Shown here: positions 62,935 to 64,000 of the stretch, in pieces
Numbering within the stretch: the first letter of the stretch is position 1
Layout of the letters: each line of letters opens with the position of its first letter
From: the human T2T-CHM13v2.0 reference genome, Homo sapiens
DNA length: 64,000 bases
Assembly: GCF_009914755.1 (NCBI RefSeq)
Contig: NC_060942.1
Reading direction: 5' to 3' (one strand)
The notes under the pieces: model-generated
Told to the model about the DNA's origin: nothing
The model's database searches: none
Seen by the model: the letters and a program-made list of their open reading frames with translations, nothing else
Translations under genes and position numbers: made by a program

Positions 62935-64000
62935 ATCATTGACTCTAGAGTGAATCATGCTTCGCTCTTTCCAATTCTAGTTCCAGATCAAGAATCACAT
63001 CTCTCTCCTCAACCCATCTCCCACCTTCCTCCCTCCCTCCCTCTCTCCTCACCATGACAGAGGAAGGTCTTAGATTCCCAGGGCTGCTTCTGCTATGCAC
63101 AAAGCAATGACTGTGGACTGGGGACAGCAGGACAAGCTAACAGGGGCATCCTCCAGCAGTATAGTTACTACCAAAAAGGGAGCTGAGCTTGGAAAAAATA
63201 GAAGAGGCAGGCAGGCTTTCCTGGGTATCTGTAGCTTTCCCACTCTCAAAATTTGCACAAGAGGAGGGAGCTTTCCTTTATAAGCACAGTTGTGTCTGCC
63301 TACATAGAAGGAAGTCCTGAATGTCCATCCCCTGGGGTTCTGCTTTGGAGTTTAGCTCTGGATAGACGCCTCCACCACCCACCTCTCATACAGCTGGTGA
63401 GGCTACTTCCTGTTCTCTGCCACCTGCTTCTCTGAGTCACTGGTCTTTAAGTTTCTCCAGTAAACCCAGGCCACCTAACAGCCTTCATTCTTCATTCAAT
63501 TACCATTTATTCTTAGCAGAAGCACTAAGAATGCAAAATGGTAGCATGTACATGGCACTAGTTAAGGAATGTGCAAAAATCTATGCCTGTGCATAATGCT
63601 TTAAGTAGAACAGGAATTCTTTGTTTTTATGCTGTATTTATAATCTCAACCAAACAATTAAGATGAGATAGGATTTTATTTCAGTTTTTACCAAAAAAAG
63701 AAAGTTAAAGGACCAATGTCAGCCTATATTAATGTGAAACTGTCCTTTATTATTGACTAAAAATAAACTCACACAAACCCAGCAGCAATTTTAACCAGGT
63801 ACTTCCTAGTTAGAATCAGTTCCTGTAATTTTCAGCTTTAGAGCAACAGTTCAGAACACCAAAACTTAGCATTTTCTAAGTATTCAAAACTCAGCAAAGC
63901 AATTACTTCTTTTTCCCTCTTTTGAACCTTCCATTAGGCAACAGAGTCTCTCTTTTACCTAAGAAAGAACTATGATCTAAAAATATTATAATTTTGAATT

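Overview
AT-rich primate (human-like) genomic DNA, intergenic or deep-intronic. I recognise no host protein-coding exon, tRNA, rRNA or snRNA. A large part of the window is interspersed repeats (Alu, L1, L2, MIR, MaLR/ERV solo LTRs, hAT and Tigger DNA transposons), many nested and many with readable target-site duplications (TSDs). The centrepiece is a full-length ~6.04 kb L1PA2-type LINE-1 on the minus strand (31771-37810) that splits a THE1D solo LTR. Its ORF1 and ORF2 are dead, including an RT FADD>FADG change. Its CpG-rich 5'UTR, YY1 site and antisense ORF0 are preserved. One substitution at 37556 truncates unspliced ORF0 and also turns its second splice donor into a consensus CAG|GTGAGT, which is the best lead here. 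Other leads are a fold-back inverted copy of part of a MER57-like LTR, an 8-nt microhomology L1 5' junction, a double-hairpin cluster and repeat-poor candidate regulatory blocks. I found no convincing wholly new biological system. Subfamily names come from recalled consensus diagnostics and need RepeatMasker/Dfam confirmation. Boundaries without TSDs are approximate.
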